Shown piece by piece: positions 1 to 9,771 of a DNA stretch of 64,000 nucleotides. The position numbers and the translations under genes are program-made. The stretch comes from Thermoanaerobaculia bacterium. GTDB taxonomy: Bacteria; Acidobacteriota; Thermoanaerobaculia; Multivoradales; UBA5704. The number at the start of each line of letters is the position of its first letter. Position 1 is the stretch's first letter. The stretch spans positions 32,001 through 96,000 of the forward strand of contig JBGAGQ010000010.1 in NCBI GenBank assembly GCA_044226625.1, in the 5' to 3' direction. The notes below the pieces were generated by a model. The model was given only the letters and a program-made list of their open reading frames with translations. It ran no database searches and was not told where the DNA came from.

Positions 1-60
1 GCGGGGCGCCAACCGCGGGCGGAAGCGGAGCGCCGAGCCCGATCTTCGCGTTCCGGGGCG

Positions 61-378
61 TGAAGCGACTTCCCGCGGCCGACCGACTCTTCCGGCGCCG
101 CAAAGCGACTTCCCGCCGCGGAAACACGTTCTCGGAGCCAGGAAGTCACTTCCTGCGCTGGGAAGTCACTTTCTGGGCTGGGAAGTCACTTCTTGGCGTA
201 GGAAGTCATTTCGTGGTGCTGAGAAGTCACTTCCTGAGCTCGGAAGTCACTTCCTGGCTCGGGAAGTCACTTCCGGCTGTGGGAAGTCACTTCCGGCTGT
301 GGGAAGTCACTTCCGGCTGTGGGAAGTCACTTCCTGGCTCGGGAAGTCACTTCCTGGCCTGAGAAGTCACTTCCTGGA
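61..378. repeat. Tandem array of ~20-bp units with palindromic core GGAAGT-C-ACTTCC
   Basis: GAAGTCA(C/T)TT cores start at 142, 162, 182, 202, 223, 243, 263, 283, 303, 323, 343 and 363 (12 copies). Degenerate in-phase units at ~62 and ~102. Confidence 0.95.
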
Positions 379-422
379 CTGTACGCGCTGGATTCCTGAG
401 CCGAGATAAGCTCCCGCTCCCG

Positions 423-1922
423 ATGGCCGAAACCTCCGATCGTTTGGTCCAAAAACTCTGGAGCTACTGCCAGGTTCTGCGCGACGACGGCTTGTCGTAC
501 CAGGATTACCTGGAGCAGCTCACCTTCCTCCTCTTCCTGAAGATGGCCGACGAGCGGGAACGGCTGACCGGCGAAACGCAGCCGATCCCCAAAGGCTTCC
601 GTTGGAAAGACCTCGCGGCGCCGCGGATGGAAGGGGTCGCGCTCGAAGACCACTACCGGAAGACGCTCGCCCGGCTCGGGCGCGAAGGGGGGATGCTCGG
701 CCTGATCTTCCGCAAGGCGCAGAACAAGATCCAGGATCCCGCCAAGCTGCGCCGGCTGATCGTCGACCTGATCGGTCAGGACGACTGGCTCTCCATGACC
801 GCCGACGTCAAAGGCGACGCCTACGAGGGGCTGCTCGAACGAAACGCCCAGGACGTCAAAGGAGGGGCCGGCCAGTACTTCACACCGCGCCCGTTGATCG
901 ACGCGATCGTCGACTGCATCCAGCCGCGCCCGGGCGAAGTGATCGTCGATCCGGCTTGTGGCACCGGTGGATTTCTGCTCGCGGCTTACGGCTACGTCGC
1001 CGGAAACTACAGCCTCGACAAGAAGCAGAAGAGCCACCTGCGCTACGACGCGCTACGGGGCGTCGAGCTCGTCGACGGCGTCGCACGGCTGTGCGCGATG
1101 AACCTGCTCCTCCATGGCGTGGGGCCGACCGACGACGAGCGCGAGCCGCCGATTGCGATCGACGACGCCTTGCGGAACGAGCCCGAGGCGCACGCCGACG
1201 TCGTGCTCACCAACCCGCCGTTCGGCAAGAAGTCGAGCATCACCGTGATCAACGAGGAGGGGGACGCGGATCGCCAGTCTCTCGCCTACAACCGGCCCGA
1301 CTTCTGGACCACCACCTCGAACAAGCAGCTCAACTTCGTCCAGCACGTCAAATCGGTCTTGAAGATCCACGGACGCGCCGCGGTCGTGGTTCCCGACAAC
1401 GTGCTGTTCGAAGGGGGAGCGGGCGAGACCGTCCGCCGCCGGCTGCTCCACGACACGGAGCTCCACACCGTCCTGCGGCTGCCCACCGGTATCTTCTACG
1501 CGCAGGGGGTGAAGGCGAACGTCCTCTTCTTCGACCGCAAGCCGGGAAGCGACAAGCCTTGGACCCGCGAGGTCTGGTTCTACGACCTTCGGACCAACAA
1601 GCACTTCACGCTCAAGGAGCGGCGCCTCATCCGCGCCGATCTCGACGAGTTCGTCGCCTGCTTCAAGCCGGGCGAGCGCGCGAAGCGCAAGGCCACCTGG
1701 TCCGAAAAGAACCCCGAGGGGCGGTTCCGTCGCTACGGCTACGACGAGCTGATCCAGCGCGACAAGGTGAGCCTCGACCTCTTCTGGTTGCGCGACGAGA
1801 GCCTCGAAGACGCGGCGAACCTTCCCGACCCGCACCTCCTCGCCGCCGAGATCGCCGACGATCTGCGCGCCGCCTTGGAGCAGATCGAGGACGTTCTCGC
1901 CGACCTGCGCGCGCGGGCTTGA
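423..1922 (+). CDS. hsdM: Type I restriction-modification DNA methyltransferase subunit M (N6-adenine)
   Basis: 499 aa. N-terminal LVQKLWSYCQVLRDDG..YLEQLTFLLFLKM, GQYFTPR, DPACGTGGFL (motif I), NPPF (motif IV), LRLPTGIFYAQGVKAN. Confidence 0.95.
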   Translation: MAETSDRLVQKLWSYCQVLRDDGLSYQDYLEQLTFLLFLKMADERERLTGETQPIPKGFRWKDLAAPRMEGVALEDHYRKTLARLGREGGMLGLIFRKAQNKIQDPAKLRRLIVDLIGQDDWLSMTADVKGDAYEGLLERNAQDVKGGAGQYFTPRPLIDAIVDCIQPRPGEVIVDPACGTGGFLLAAYGYVAGNYSLDKKQKSHLRYDALRGVELVDGVARLCAMNLLLHGVGPTDDEREPPIAIDDALRNEPEAHADVVLTNPPFGKKSSITVINEEGDADRQSLAYNRPDFWTTTSNKQLNFVQHVKSVLKIHGRAAVVVPDNVLFEGGAGETVRRRLLHDTELHTVLRLPTGIFYAQGVKANVLFFDRKPGSDKPWTREVWFYDLRTNKHFTLKERRLIRADLDEFVACFKPGERAKRKATWSEKNPEGRFRRYGYDELIQRDKVSLDLFWLRDESLEDAANLPDPHLLAAEIADDLRAALEQIEDVLADLRARA

Positions 1923-2030
1923 AGGCCGGCCCTGCCGGGGCTGCCGGCATGCCGCAGATCGTTCCAGCGGAATTGCCGTTCCCTCGGGAAGAATCACCGC
2001 ACCTCGGCGAAAAAACTTCCGCCGCGGCTG

Positions 2031-2719
2031 CTACCCGCCGAGCCCGAGCTCTTCGATCGACTGGACCTCGAACACCCGATCGGCGACGGTGCTCAGCTTC
2101 TCTACGGACTGAAGTGCGTTCAGGCGCTGTTGGATGGCTGAAGGCACTTCGCCGAACCGCTGGCCGATTTGGCGGATCAGCATTCGGCGCAGAACGGCCG
2201 CAACCTCTTCTCGCCCTTCTTCTCGGCCTTCCTGTCGGCCTTCTTTCCGGCCCTCTCGGAGGCCCTTTTTGAGCCCCTTCGCTTCGATCTTGTCAGCCCA
2301 GGTCATTTGCATCGCTCGGATCTCCGGAGAGTCTTGGGCAGCGGCGAGAGAAGCGTACTCCTCGGCGTCACGCCCCTTCAAGGGTAGATAGGTCTCGACA
2401 CAGTTGACCAGCAGGAGCTTCTGGTGCTCGTCGATTGGTGCAGCGGCGATCTTCGTGAGCGCCATGAACTTAACCTTGGCTCGTCCGCGACCTCATGCCC
2501 TGCCGTTTCCTCGACGTGGAAATTCCAGGAAGGGCCGGCGGCGAGCAGGTCGACTACGCGATGCTCCTCTTCCGGGGAGTCCGGAATCAGCTCCTTGTCG
2601 CGGAACTCGACCTCGATCTCGGCTGGAAGCCGAGCAGCGAGCTGGGCGTCCACCAGCAGGAGCAGATCCCGAAAGAACGCGCGGAACAGCGATTTGAACA
2701 GGTGGTCGTGGGGAGGCAC
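2031..2719 (-). pseudogene. Rpn family recombination-promoting nuclease/putative transposase (DUF4351-like C-terminus), split with apparent internal deletion
   Basis: ORF 2378..2719 begins PHDHLFKSLFRAFFRDLL. ORF 2031..2465 has the EGRKEGRQEGREEG repeats and the RQIGQRFG tail typical of this family. The middle is missing or frameshifted. Confidence 0.7.
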
Positions 2720-2815
2720 GGCGAAATTCTCCTTTCGTCGTACCTAGGACGTGGACGCGCCCTTTCCATCTTGCAATTCGTGTCGATCGGCTCTTGAGTC
2801 CTACCCAGGCCGAGA

Positions 2816-4225
2816 TTAGGCCGCTTCGACGCCGGGCGATCCGGCCCCGACCTTCACGACGACGAACGTCAGGTCGTCGCGCTGGGGGGCGCCAGCCTGG
2901 AACTCTGAGAAGTCGGCGAGCAGAGCGTCGCGCACTGTCTCGGCCGAGACTCCGCGCGGTATTCGCGCGAGCGAGGCGGCGAGCCGATCGAGGCCATAGG
3001 GCTCGCCGTGTCGGTCTTCCCCTTCGTAGAGGCCGTCGGAATGGAGGAGGAGCAGGTCGTCCTCCTCGATCGTCACTTCGCGGGTGCCGAAGCGCGGGTC
3101 GAGCTGGGTGCCGAGCGGCAGCGAAGGCAGGTCGACCTCGTTCACCCCGGCGCGGCTCGCGTGGAGAATCGGCGGGTGGCCGGCGTTGGCGACGGTCGCG
3201 GTCCGTCGGGTTGGGTCGAGCACGACGATCGCGAGCGTCACGAGCTTGCGGCGTCGCGCGGTCTGCTGGACCATCGCGTTGAGCTTGCCGAGCACTTCGA
3301 GCGGTCGATCGAGCTCCGTGGCGAGGAGCGTGAGGCAGCTGCGGACACCCGCGAGCAGCAGGCCGCTCGCCATGCCGTGACCGGCGACGTCGCCCACGAC
3401 GATCGCGAGCTTTCCCCCTTCGAGCGGGAAGTAATCGTAATAGTCGCCTCCGACCTCGGTCGCCGGACACGACAGGCTGCAGATGTCGAGCCATCCTTGC
3501 GGGGGGCAGCCTTCCGGGAGCATCGCGAGCTGGATCTCGCGCGCGTAGTCGAGCTCCTGCCGCATGCGCAGCTGTTCCCGCGTGCTCGTCTGCGCCGCCG
3601 TGAACAGGCCGAGGATCTCGCGCCTTCGTCGCCGCGAAGCGGCGAGACCGACGATGAGCGCGAAGACCTGATTGCTCGAGACCGCGAAGAAGGTGGGCGT
3701 CGAATCGTCGGGGCTGCCGCCGAACGGCATGCCGAACACCGCCGCGACGAGAAGGCCGAGCACGACCGAGCCGTGGATCAGCAGGCGCTCGACCGGCCGT
3801 AGGCGGAACGGAGCCACCAGATAGCCGACGATGATCGTCAACGGAATCAGCGCGTCCAGGCCGAGCGTCGCCCCGAGCGTCGAAAGGAGGGCGACTTCGA
3901 GCAGGACCACGACCGAGGCCCGCGGCTGGCGGGCGATCAGCGCTCGCGCCGGCTCGACGATCCGGTCGGCACCTTCGGTCGGGGAACGGCGCAACCGCCA
4001 ACGCCGCAAGGCGAAGAACCAGACCAGGGCGAACAGGACGCTGGGCGCGGTGATCGCGAGGCGCTTCGGATCGCCGGTCGCCGCCGCGATCGTGCCGCCG
4101 ATCGCGGTGAGTCCGTAGAGGACGACGAACCACCGCGCTCGACTCAGGTTCGACGCGTCGAACCGACGGGCGACCGCCTGTTCGCCGGACAGCTCGGTCA
4201 ACTCGTCCAGGGTGAAGGGCTCCAC
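2816..4225 (-). CDS. Membrane-bound PP2C-family (SpoIIE/RsbU-like) Ser/Thr phosphatase
   Basis: N-terminal TM helices, AREIQLAMLP, VGGDYYD, GDVAGHG, HSDGLYE, DDLT motifs. Confidence 0.92.
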   Translation of the reverse strand: MEPFTLDELTELSGEQAVARRFDASNLSRARWFVVLYGLTAIGGTIAAATGDPKRLAITAPSVLFALVWFFALRRWRLRRSPTEGADRIVEPARALIARQPRASVVVLLEVALLSTLGATLGLDALIPLTIIVGYLVAPFRLRPVERLLIHGSVVLGLLVAAVFGMPFGGSPDDSTPTFFAVSSNQVFALIVGLAASRRRRREILGLFTAAQTSTREQLRMRQELDYAREIQLAMLPEGCPPQGWLDICSLSCPATEVGGDYYDYFPLEGGKLAIVVGDVAGHGMASGLLLAGVRSCLTLLATELDRPLEVLGKLNAMVQQTARRRKLVTLAIVVLDPTRRTATVANAGHPPILHASRAGVNEVDLPSLPLGTQLDPRFGTREVTIEEDDLLLLHSDGLYEGEDRHGEPYGLDRLAASLARIPRGVSAETVRDALLADFSEFQAGAPQRDDLTFVVVKVGAGSPGVEAA

Positions 4226-4391
4226 GCGGCTATCTTACCCGTGGCCTCCTTCCTCTCGGCCTTTCGACCTCGAGCGACCCCTCGGCGGACCGAAACGGAT
4301 AGGTCCGTCGACCTCCGCGGAAGCGAGAGCCGTGCTCAACGGGTACACTCTCGCGGCTGATCCAAACGGTCTATTTGAGGAGAGGGTTCCA

Positions 4392-5396
4392 ATGCCGATT
4401 CGTGTCTTGCAGGTGGGGCTGGGGCCGATCGGGCTATCGATCGCTCGGCAGGTGGCGGGGCGGGCGGGGTTCGCGCTCGTGGGTGGGGTCGACCTGGACC
4501 CCGCGAAATCGAACCGCGATGTCGGAACCCTCGCGGGGCTCGGGCGCGAGATCGGGGCGATCGCTTCGGGCGACCTCGCCGAAGCGCTCGTGCGGATGCG
4601 GCCGGAGATCGCGGTCGTTTCGACCAGCTCGGCGCTCGAAAGGGTCGAGCCGACGATCGCGGCCTGCCTGGAGGCGGGGGTGGCCGTCGTCTCGACCACG
4701 GAGGAGCTGTCGTTTCCCTGGCGGGAGCGGCCGGAGCTCGCGCGGCGGATCGACGAGGCGGCGAAGCGTGCCGAGCGCGCGGTGCTTGGCACGGGCGTGA
4801 ACCCGGGTTTCGCGATGGACGCGCTGCCGCTCGCGCTCTCCGCCGTGTGCGAGCGGGTGGACGCCGTCACCGTCCGCCGGATCCAGGACGCCTCGAAGCG
4901 TCGCCTACCGTTCCAGAAGAAGATTGGCGCCGGGCTTTCCGTCGAGGAGTTCCACGCCAAGGTCGCGGCCGGCGGCGTGCGCCACGTCGGGCTCGCCGAA
5001 TCGATCGGCATGCTCGCGAGTGCGTTCGGTTGGAAGCTCGATTCCGTGACCGACGAGATCTGGCCGAAAATCGCCGAGGCGCCGGTCGTCTCGTCGGAGC
5101 TCTCGGTCGCCGCGGGCGATTGCAGCGGCGTGGTGCAGCTCGGTCTAGGGAAGGAAGGGGAGACCGTCCGCGTCCGCCTCGAATTCGAGGCTTATCTCGG
5201 GGCTCCGGAAAGCTACGACGAGGTCGAGATCGCAGGGTCTCCAGCGCTCACGTCGCGCGTCGTGGGTGGTATCCCCGGCGATCTGGCCACGGCCTCGATC
5301 GTGGTCAACGCGATCCCCCGCGTGCTCGCGGCGCCCGCCGGCCTGATCACCATGCGCGACCTGCCCCCGGCCCATTGGTGGCCGGGGGAGGTTTGA
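4392..5396 (+). CDS. Dihydrodipicolinate reductase-like / 2,4-diaminopentanoate dehydrogenase family oxidoreductase
   Basis: Rossmann GLGPIG, STTEEL, GTGVNPGFAMD, GDLATA motifs. ATG at 4392 follows GAGG. Confidence 0.8.
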   Translation: MPIRVLQVGLGPIGLSIARQVAGRAGFALVGGVDLDPAKSNRDVGTLAGLGREIGAIASGDLAEALVRMRPEIAVVSTSSALERVEPTIAACLEAGVAVVSTTEELSFPWRERPELARRIDEAAKRAERAVLGTGVNPGFAMDALPLALSAVCERVDAVTVRRIQDASKRRLPFQKKIGAGLSVEEFHAKVAAGGVRHVGLAESIGMLASAFGWKLDSVTDEIWPKIAEAPVVSSELSVAAGDCSGVVQLGLGKEGETVRVRLEFEAYLGAPESYDEVEIAGSPALTSRVVGGIPGDLATASIVVNAIPRVLAAPAGLITMRDLPPAHWWPGEV

Positions 5397-5398
5397 CG

Positions 5399-7360
5399 TC
5401 AGGCCACCACGGCCATCGGGCGTTCCGTCGCATCCTGAGCCGAGATGCGTGCCTCGACCTCTTCGCGATCCTCGGCTTGCGGACGAAGATCAAGATAGGT
5501 CACGAGGTCTCGGCTGGCGTCCTGGATCCGTCCGAGATCGGTTAAGAGGACCGCCCGATTCTGGTACAACTCGGCCTCGGTCGGCGCGATCTCGATCGCG
5601 CGATCGAGGTCTTCTAGGCTTTCCTGGAGCCGACCGAGCTCATAGAGGAGAACCGCTCGACCCGCGCGAGCCTGCCACAGGAGCGGATCGAGCTCGAGGG
5701 CCCGACTGTAATCGCGAATCGCATCTTCGATCTCGCCGAGAGTTTCTCTCGCCTGGGCACGGCCGAGCCACACTTTCTCCTGAATCGGCAGGAGGTCGAG
5801 GCTTCGAGAGTAGGCCTCCTTGGCCTCCGCCATTCGTCCGGTCAGCCTCAAACATTGACCGAGATTCGACCAGACCTCGTGGTAGGGCGGGCTCAATTCG
5901 ATCGCCTGGCGATAGTCGCGTTCCGCTTCCGCGTACCGCTCGAGCTTGAGGAAGACGTTACCGCGCTCGTTGTAGTACTCGGAATAGTTGGGGTCCATCC
6001 GCATCGCGGCTGAGAACCGGTCGATGGACTGTTCGTAGGCACCGAGCTGGGCGTACACCTGCGCCATGTTATAGAGGAGAACCGAGCGATGGAGTCGGTG
6101 CTGCTCGGGGCTCAAGTGTCGCTCGAGCAGCTCAAGGCCCTTCTGACAAAGCTCAAGCGCTTCGGCCTGCCGTCCTTGGAAGTTGCGGATCATCGCCAAG
6201 CCGTTGCGATTGAAAACGTATTGGAACCAATGCTCGTGCTCGGGAAGGCCCGATCGCTCCAGGTATTCGAGGCCTCGTTCCAGGAGTTGCTCACCCTGCA
6301 CCAAGTCGCGCTCCGGCATGTACCGGGCGAAGAGCATGGCCATCAGGTAGCACAGCCGGATCCTCATTGGGGCCTCTTGCGGATCACCGTGATCGGTGAG
6401 GACGTCCTCTTCAGCCAATCGATACGCGGCACCGACGTCGCCGGTCCCGAGGTAGGACATGAAGAGCTTGAAGAAAAGCCCCCAATGGATCGCCAGAGGA
6501 ATCTGAACTTGGCCGGAGCGCACTCGCGCTCGAATCGGTTCCCCATAGCGCAGGGCATCATGGTAGAGCCCAAGCGTGTTGTAGGTGTGGAGCGCGTGGT
6601 ACTTCCACATCAGGACCTTCTCTTGGTTCTCCGCGAGCTCCCACAGGCCCATCAGCTCGGCCAACCGCTCGGTGCTCGCGAGGGCATCCGGTGAAATCTC
6701 AGATTCGATCGCGAGAGCTCGACGAGACGCTTCGTCCTGAGCGAAAGCGACCCCTCGAGCGATCGACGGCAGAAGCGAGAACGGAAGCTCCTCGCGGGGG
6801 CATTCGAACCCATCGGCGTCAGGACGCTCCCCAGGAGAAGGAGCCAGGAGCACGGAGATCGCGGCTTGCGCTCCGCGGCGGCGCATCAGCTCGCGGAAGA
6901 ATCCACGAGCCAAGAACCCCCCGCGCTCGAAGTCGAGGCAGACCAGAAGGCAGGGCTCCCGCTTGAGTGCAATTCGAAACGCCGAGAGCAGATCGATCAG
7001 CCCATGTACGATTCGCAGCGCACGATCGGCTGGATAGTTCCGAACCCGTTCATCCGCGGATGCGATGTCGGTCAGATTCATCCTGCAGGGGCCGATCCGG
7101 TCTCGCGCTTCCGGAAGGACATGCACGAGCTCATAGCCATGCCGCTCGAGGAGGTGAGGTGTCCGCGAGCGCATCTCATCGAAAATCCCGCCGAAAAGAT
7201 CCCGCACTCCGGCCCACGGGCCTCCTTCGTCGAAATTACAGCGGAGAACCGTGACCTCCGGGCTCGGAACCAAGACGCCCGGCAGTTCTTCGAGGGAGAT
7301 GGCCGGTACGTCCGTTCGAGCGGTGGGTGTCAATAGCGTTCCCGGCCTGTACGTGATCAT
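5399..7360 (-). CDS. Tetratricopeptide-repeat protein with uncharacterised N-terminal domain
   Basis: Likely start MITYRPG at 7360 (ATGA overlap with the upstream gene). Multiple C-terminal TPRs, e.g. LYNMAQVYAQLG, YYNERGNVFLKLERYAEA. Confidence 0.85.
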   Translation of the reverse strand: MITYRPGTLLTPTARTDVPAISLEELPGVLVPSPEVTVLRCNFDEGGPWAGVRDLFGGIFDEMRSRTPHLLERHGYELVHVLPEARDRIGPCRMNLTDIASADERVRNYPADRALRIVHGLIDLLSAFRIALKREPCLLVCLDFERGGFLARGFFRELMRRRGAQAAISVLLAPSPGERPDADGFECPREELPFSLLPSIARGVAFAQDEASRRALAIESEISPDALASTERLAELMGLWELAENQEKVLMWKYHALHTYNTLGLYHDALRYGEPIRARVRSGQVQIPLAIHWGLFFKLFMSYLGTGDVGAAYRLAEEDVLTDHGDPQEAPMRIRLCYLMAMLFARYMPERDLVQGEQLLERGLEYLERSGLPEHEHWFQYVFNRNGLAMIRNFQGRQAEALELCQKGLELLERHLSPEQHRLHRSVLLYNMAQVYAQLGAYEQSIDRFSAAMRMDPNYSEYYNERGNVFLKLERYAEAERDYRQAIELSPPYHEVWSNLGQCLRLTGRMAEAKEAYSRSLDLLPIQEKVWLGRAQARETLGEIEDAIRDYSRALELDPLLWQARAGRAVLLYELGRLQESLEDLDRAIEIAPTEAELYQNRAVLLTDLGRIQDASRDLVTYLDLRPQAEDREEVEARISAQDATERPMAVVA

Positions 7361-8592
7361 GCGGTTCTCCCTTTGATCAGGCTTCTCACCCAGAGGCCGA
7401 GCCCGAGCGCTAGCGGCGCGAGATTGACAACGCCGACAAGTAACGAGTCCGCGACCCGATACGCACCGATTGAGCTTGCGGCCAGCGTCGCCCGCAAGGC
7501 GCCTGCGATGTAGCTGAAAAGGACCGGAAGGGTGACGAGAAACAAAGCCGCCAAGGCCAATCCCCGCCCGGCCAGCCAGAGGAAGGAAAAAGTGGAGATC
7601 ACCGTTCGCTCGCGGGCCGGAATATGGGACTGATCGATGAGTGGCTTCAAGCGCAAGAGGCGCCGAAATTGATTCCGGACGAAGTTCTCGGTATCGCTCA
7701 TTAGGTTCTTGCAGCCGAAGTAGTTCGTCAGCACGAAATAGAAGTCGGTGCGGACGAAGAAGAAGCACTGGAAGAGAATTCTGAATAGACAGAGAAACAG
7801 CGTCGCGCGAGCCACTTCGACGAGATTCGGTGAGAGGGCGATCTGTCCGAGCGAACCTGCGAAGAGCAATAGGACGATCAGGGAGCCAAAGAAGGCATCG
7901 AAAATAGGTCCCGCCAACATCGGTAGATAGCGCTGGTTCTTGGGTTGGGCCCAAAGCCCTGTCATGTCCGTCTCCGCCACGAGGACCCAGAGTCGATTGC
8001 TGATGCCGAACCGAGATTTGACTCCTACCGCTCGTGCCGCAAGAAGGTGGCAGAACTCGTGGGCGAACAATGAGGCGTAGGAGATCAGCACGACGATCAG
8101 CACTTTCGCGGTCTTGTCCTCGGCGAACAGCAAACTACTCTTGCCCGGTATGAGATCCGGATTACGCAAAAAGAGATACAAGGCCCAGCCAATCGTCCCC
8201 AAGTACAAGCTCAACGCGATCGGGCCCCAGAAGATTCGCGCCACCGACTGCGGAATCGTCGCGAAGTGATACCGGATCGGCTTTGGAGTTGCGGGGAGAA
8301 GAGTGGCGGCCGGAGCCGTTTCGGTCACGCCCGCGGCGGGGCGGACCAGCCCTTTCGATTCCAAGACGGTCAAGAGGTCTGCCAGCGCGGGGCGAAGACC
8401 ATGGCGCCGCTCGTACTCGGCCTCGACCTCGCCGACGCTTCGCCCTCCTGCCAAGCGATCGAGCAGCTCTACCGCCTCGACGGGGAGGGCGACGAACGTT
8501 CCGGTATCCGGACGTCCAATGACGACCTCGTCACCGTCCGGCTGTCGGGTAAAGGGATAGATCTGGACGAGGTCCGCCTGGAGGTATCCCAT
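7357..8592 (-). CDS. PqqD/RRE-like domain fused to M50 (site-2 protease-like) membrane zinc metalloprotease
   Basis: Start MGYLQAD at 8592. N-terminal beta-beta-beta-helical RRE-like segment (EVVIGRPDTGTFVALP..VELLDRL..LLTVLESKGLV), HEFCH in a TM segment, AGPxxD, RTDFY. Confidence 0.78.
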   Translation of the reverse strand: MGYLQADLVQIYPFTRQPDGDEVVIGRPDTGTFVALPVEAVELLDRLAGGRSVGEVEAEYERRHGLRPALADLLTVLESKGLVRPAAGVTETAPAATLLPATPKPIRYHFATIPQSVARIFWGPIALSLYLGTIGWALYLFLRNPDLIPGKSSLLFAEDKTAKVLIVVLISYASLFAHEFCHLLAARAVGVKSRFGISNRLWVLVAETDMTGLWAQPKNQRYLPMLAGPIFDAFFGSLIVLLLFAGSLGQIALSPNLVEVARATLFLCLFRILFQCFFFVRTDFYFVLTNYFGCKNLMSDTENFVRNQFRRLLRLKPLIDQSHIPARERTVISTFSFLWLAGRGLALAALFLVTLPVLFSYIAGALRATLAASSIGAYRVADSLLVGVVNLAPLALGLGLWVRSLIKGRTA

Positions 8593-8614
8593 CCTCTTCC
8601 CCTTGGCTTGCTGG

Positions 8615-9541
8615 CTACTTCTCGACCACGGATTGTGCGACGAGGAGCATCTCGACGTCTCGAGCGAGATCGGCCGCGTTGAAGCGATCCGACTCCGGAA
8701 CTGCCTTGGGTCCTCGACTGGAAACGAGCCGTACGAGATCCGAGGGCGGAGGAGCTTCGCTCCAGTGCTTGCCGCGCGAGAAAACAAAGCAAGGGAATGT
8801 GCCGGCATCCTTACCGATTTCGTTCAGGTTCGAGCGGAAGAGGTCTCCGATCCTGCGATCGAGGGTCCAAAACTGAAGTACGCGACCGTCTCGGGCCAGA
8901 TTGGCTGCCGGCTGGATCGCCCCTTCGATCGCGGAGTCGAAAGCCTGGCTTGAAGTTTCCCAGAGAACGTAAAGGCGGAGATCCGGATCGGCGTTTCGAT
9001 CGAGAACGTAACGCTCGATCAGACTCAGCATGACCTTGGAGGCGAAAGACGAGGGAGAGAGGATCACAAGCAATCGCCGCCGATCGGTGTCTGAGTTGAA
9101 GGCGCTCTTCAGCTCTTCGCCTCCTGGCGACAACTTACGAAGCGTCGGTGCATTGTCCTTACGAGCGCCGAGGACCTCCCGCTCCAGCGTGAACACGAAG
9201 GAGCTCTTACCCTCTAACATCTCGCCCGCGATCTTGTTCCCATCCGAGGAGACCTGGCCCCGAAACGACGAGGTGACACCGCTCTCATCACGCACGCTGA
9301 ACGATACCTCGGAGCCCTTCATCGCAAAATTCTCAATCGCATACCACGCCGGACCGCTGATCGGAAAATTGAGACGCCCGGTGGTCTCTCCCTGTTCGGT
9401 GATTCGAAGCTCGACCGAGACGTCCGCCTCGAGCACGGCAGGCGACATGACCAGCTCACCACGCCAGGAACCTTCCAAGCACTTGCCTTGAGAGGCAGTC
9501 ACCATGAAGAGCATAGATAGAATCCGTAACTTGATCTTCAT
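8615..9541 (-). CDS. Secreted hypothetical protein, beta-rich N-domain plus thioredoxin-like C-domain without CxxC
   Basis: Signal-peptide-like N-terminus, GSWRG beta domain, C-terminal RRLLVILSPSSFAS..LRLYVLW. Co-oriented with its neighbours. Confidence 0.65.
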   Translation of the reverse strand: MKIKLRILSMLFMVTASQGKCLEGSWRGELVMSPAVLEADVSVELRITEQGETTGRLNFPISGPAWYAIENFAMKGSEVSFSVRDESGVTSSFRGQVSSDGNKIAGEMLEGKSSFVFTLEREVLGARKDNAPTLRKLSPGGEELKSAFNSDTDRRRLLVILSPSSFASKVMLSLIERYVLDRNADPDLRLYVLWETSSQAFDSAIEGAIQPAANLARDGRVLQFWTLDRRIGDLFRSNLNEIGKDAGTFPCFVFSRGKHWSEAPPPSDLVRLVSSRGPKAVPESDRFNAADLARDVEMLLVAQSVVEK

Positions 9542-9582
9542 CCCGACCTCCGTTCACCCAAGGGCAAGTGCCGTACTGAGAG

Positions 9583-9606
9583 GCCGCCGGACCGTGGTCC
9601 GGCGGT
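9583..9606 (-). terminator. Hairpin downstream of the small peptide gene
   Basis: GCCGCCGGACC-GT-GGTCCGGCGGT inverted repeat, about 20 nt after the stop codon. Confidence 0.55.
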
Positions 9607-9624
9607 GATCGACGTTTGGTCCTG

Positions 9625-9771
9625 CTAGCTCGCGTCCGGAGAGCAGCAGGTCAACCAGTTGCAGGAGAGGGTTTGATTGGTCCAGTCAAGGTTCTGGCAG
9701 CAACAGTCGCAGCCGTAGAAGGCCGCCGTGGTCTTGAGGGTCTCGACTTCGCGAACGACGAATCGCTTCAT
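9625..9771 (-). CDS. 48-aa Cys-rich putative RiPP precursor peptide (absent from the ORF track)
   Basis: Manual translation: MKRFVVREVETLKTTAAFYGCDCCCQNLDWTNQTLSCNWLTCCSPDAS*. Very strong SD (AAGGAGGTGA) just before the ATG. Confidence 0.85.
   Translation of the reverse strand: MKRFVVREVETLKTTAAFYGCDCCCQNLDWTNQTLSCNWLTCCSPDAS

Noticed and set aside
60-362. 100-aa ORF with repetitive SHF/EVT/KSL motifs
   Set aside because: It is a translation of the 20-bp DNA repeat cycling through frames, with no RBS.
141-378. Possible mini-CRISPR array
   Set aside because: 13-bp cores with 7-8-bp, partly identical linkers are far too short for repeats and spacers.
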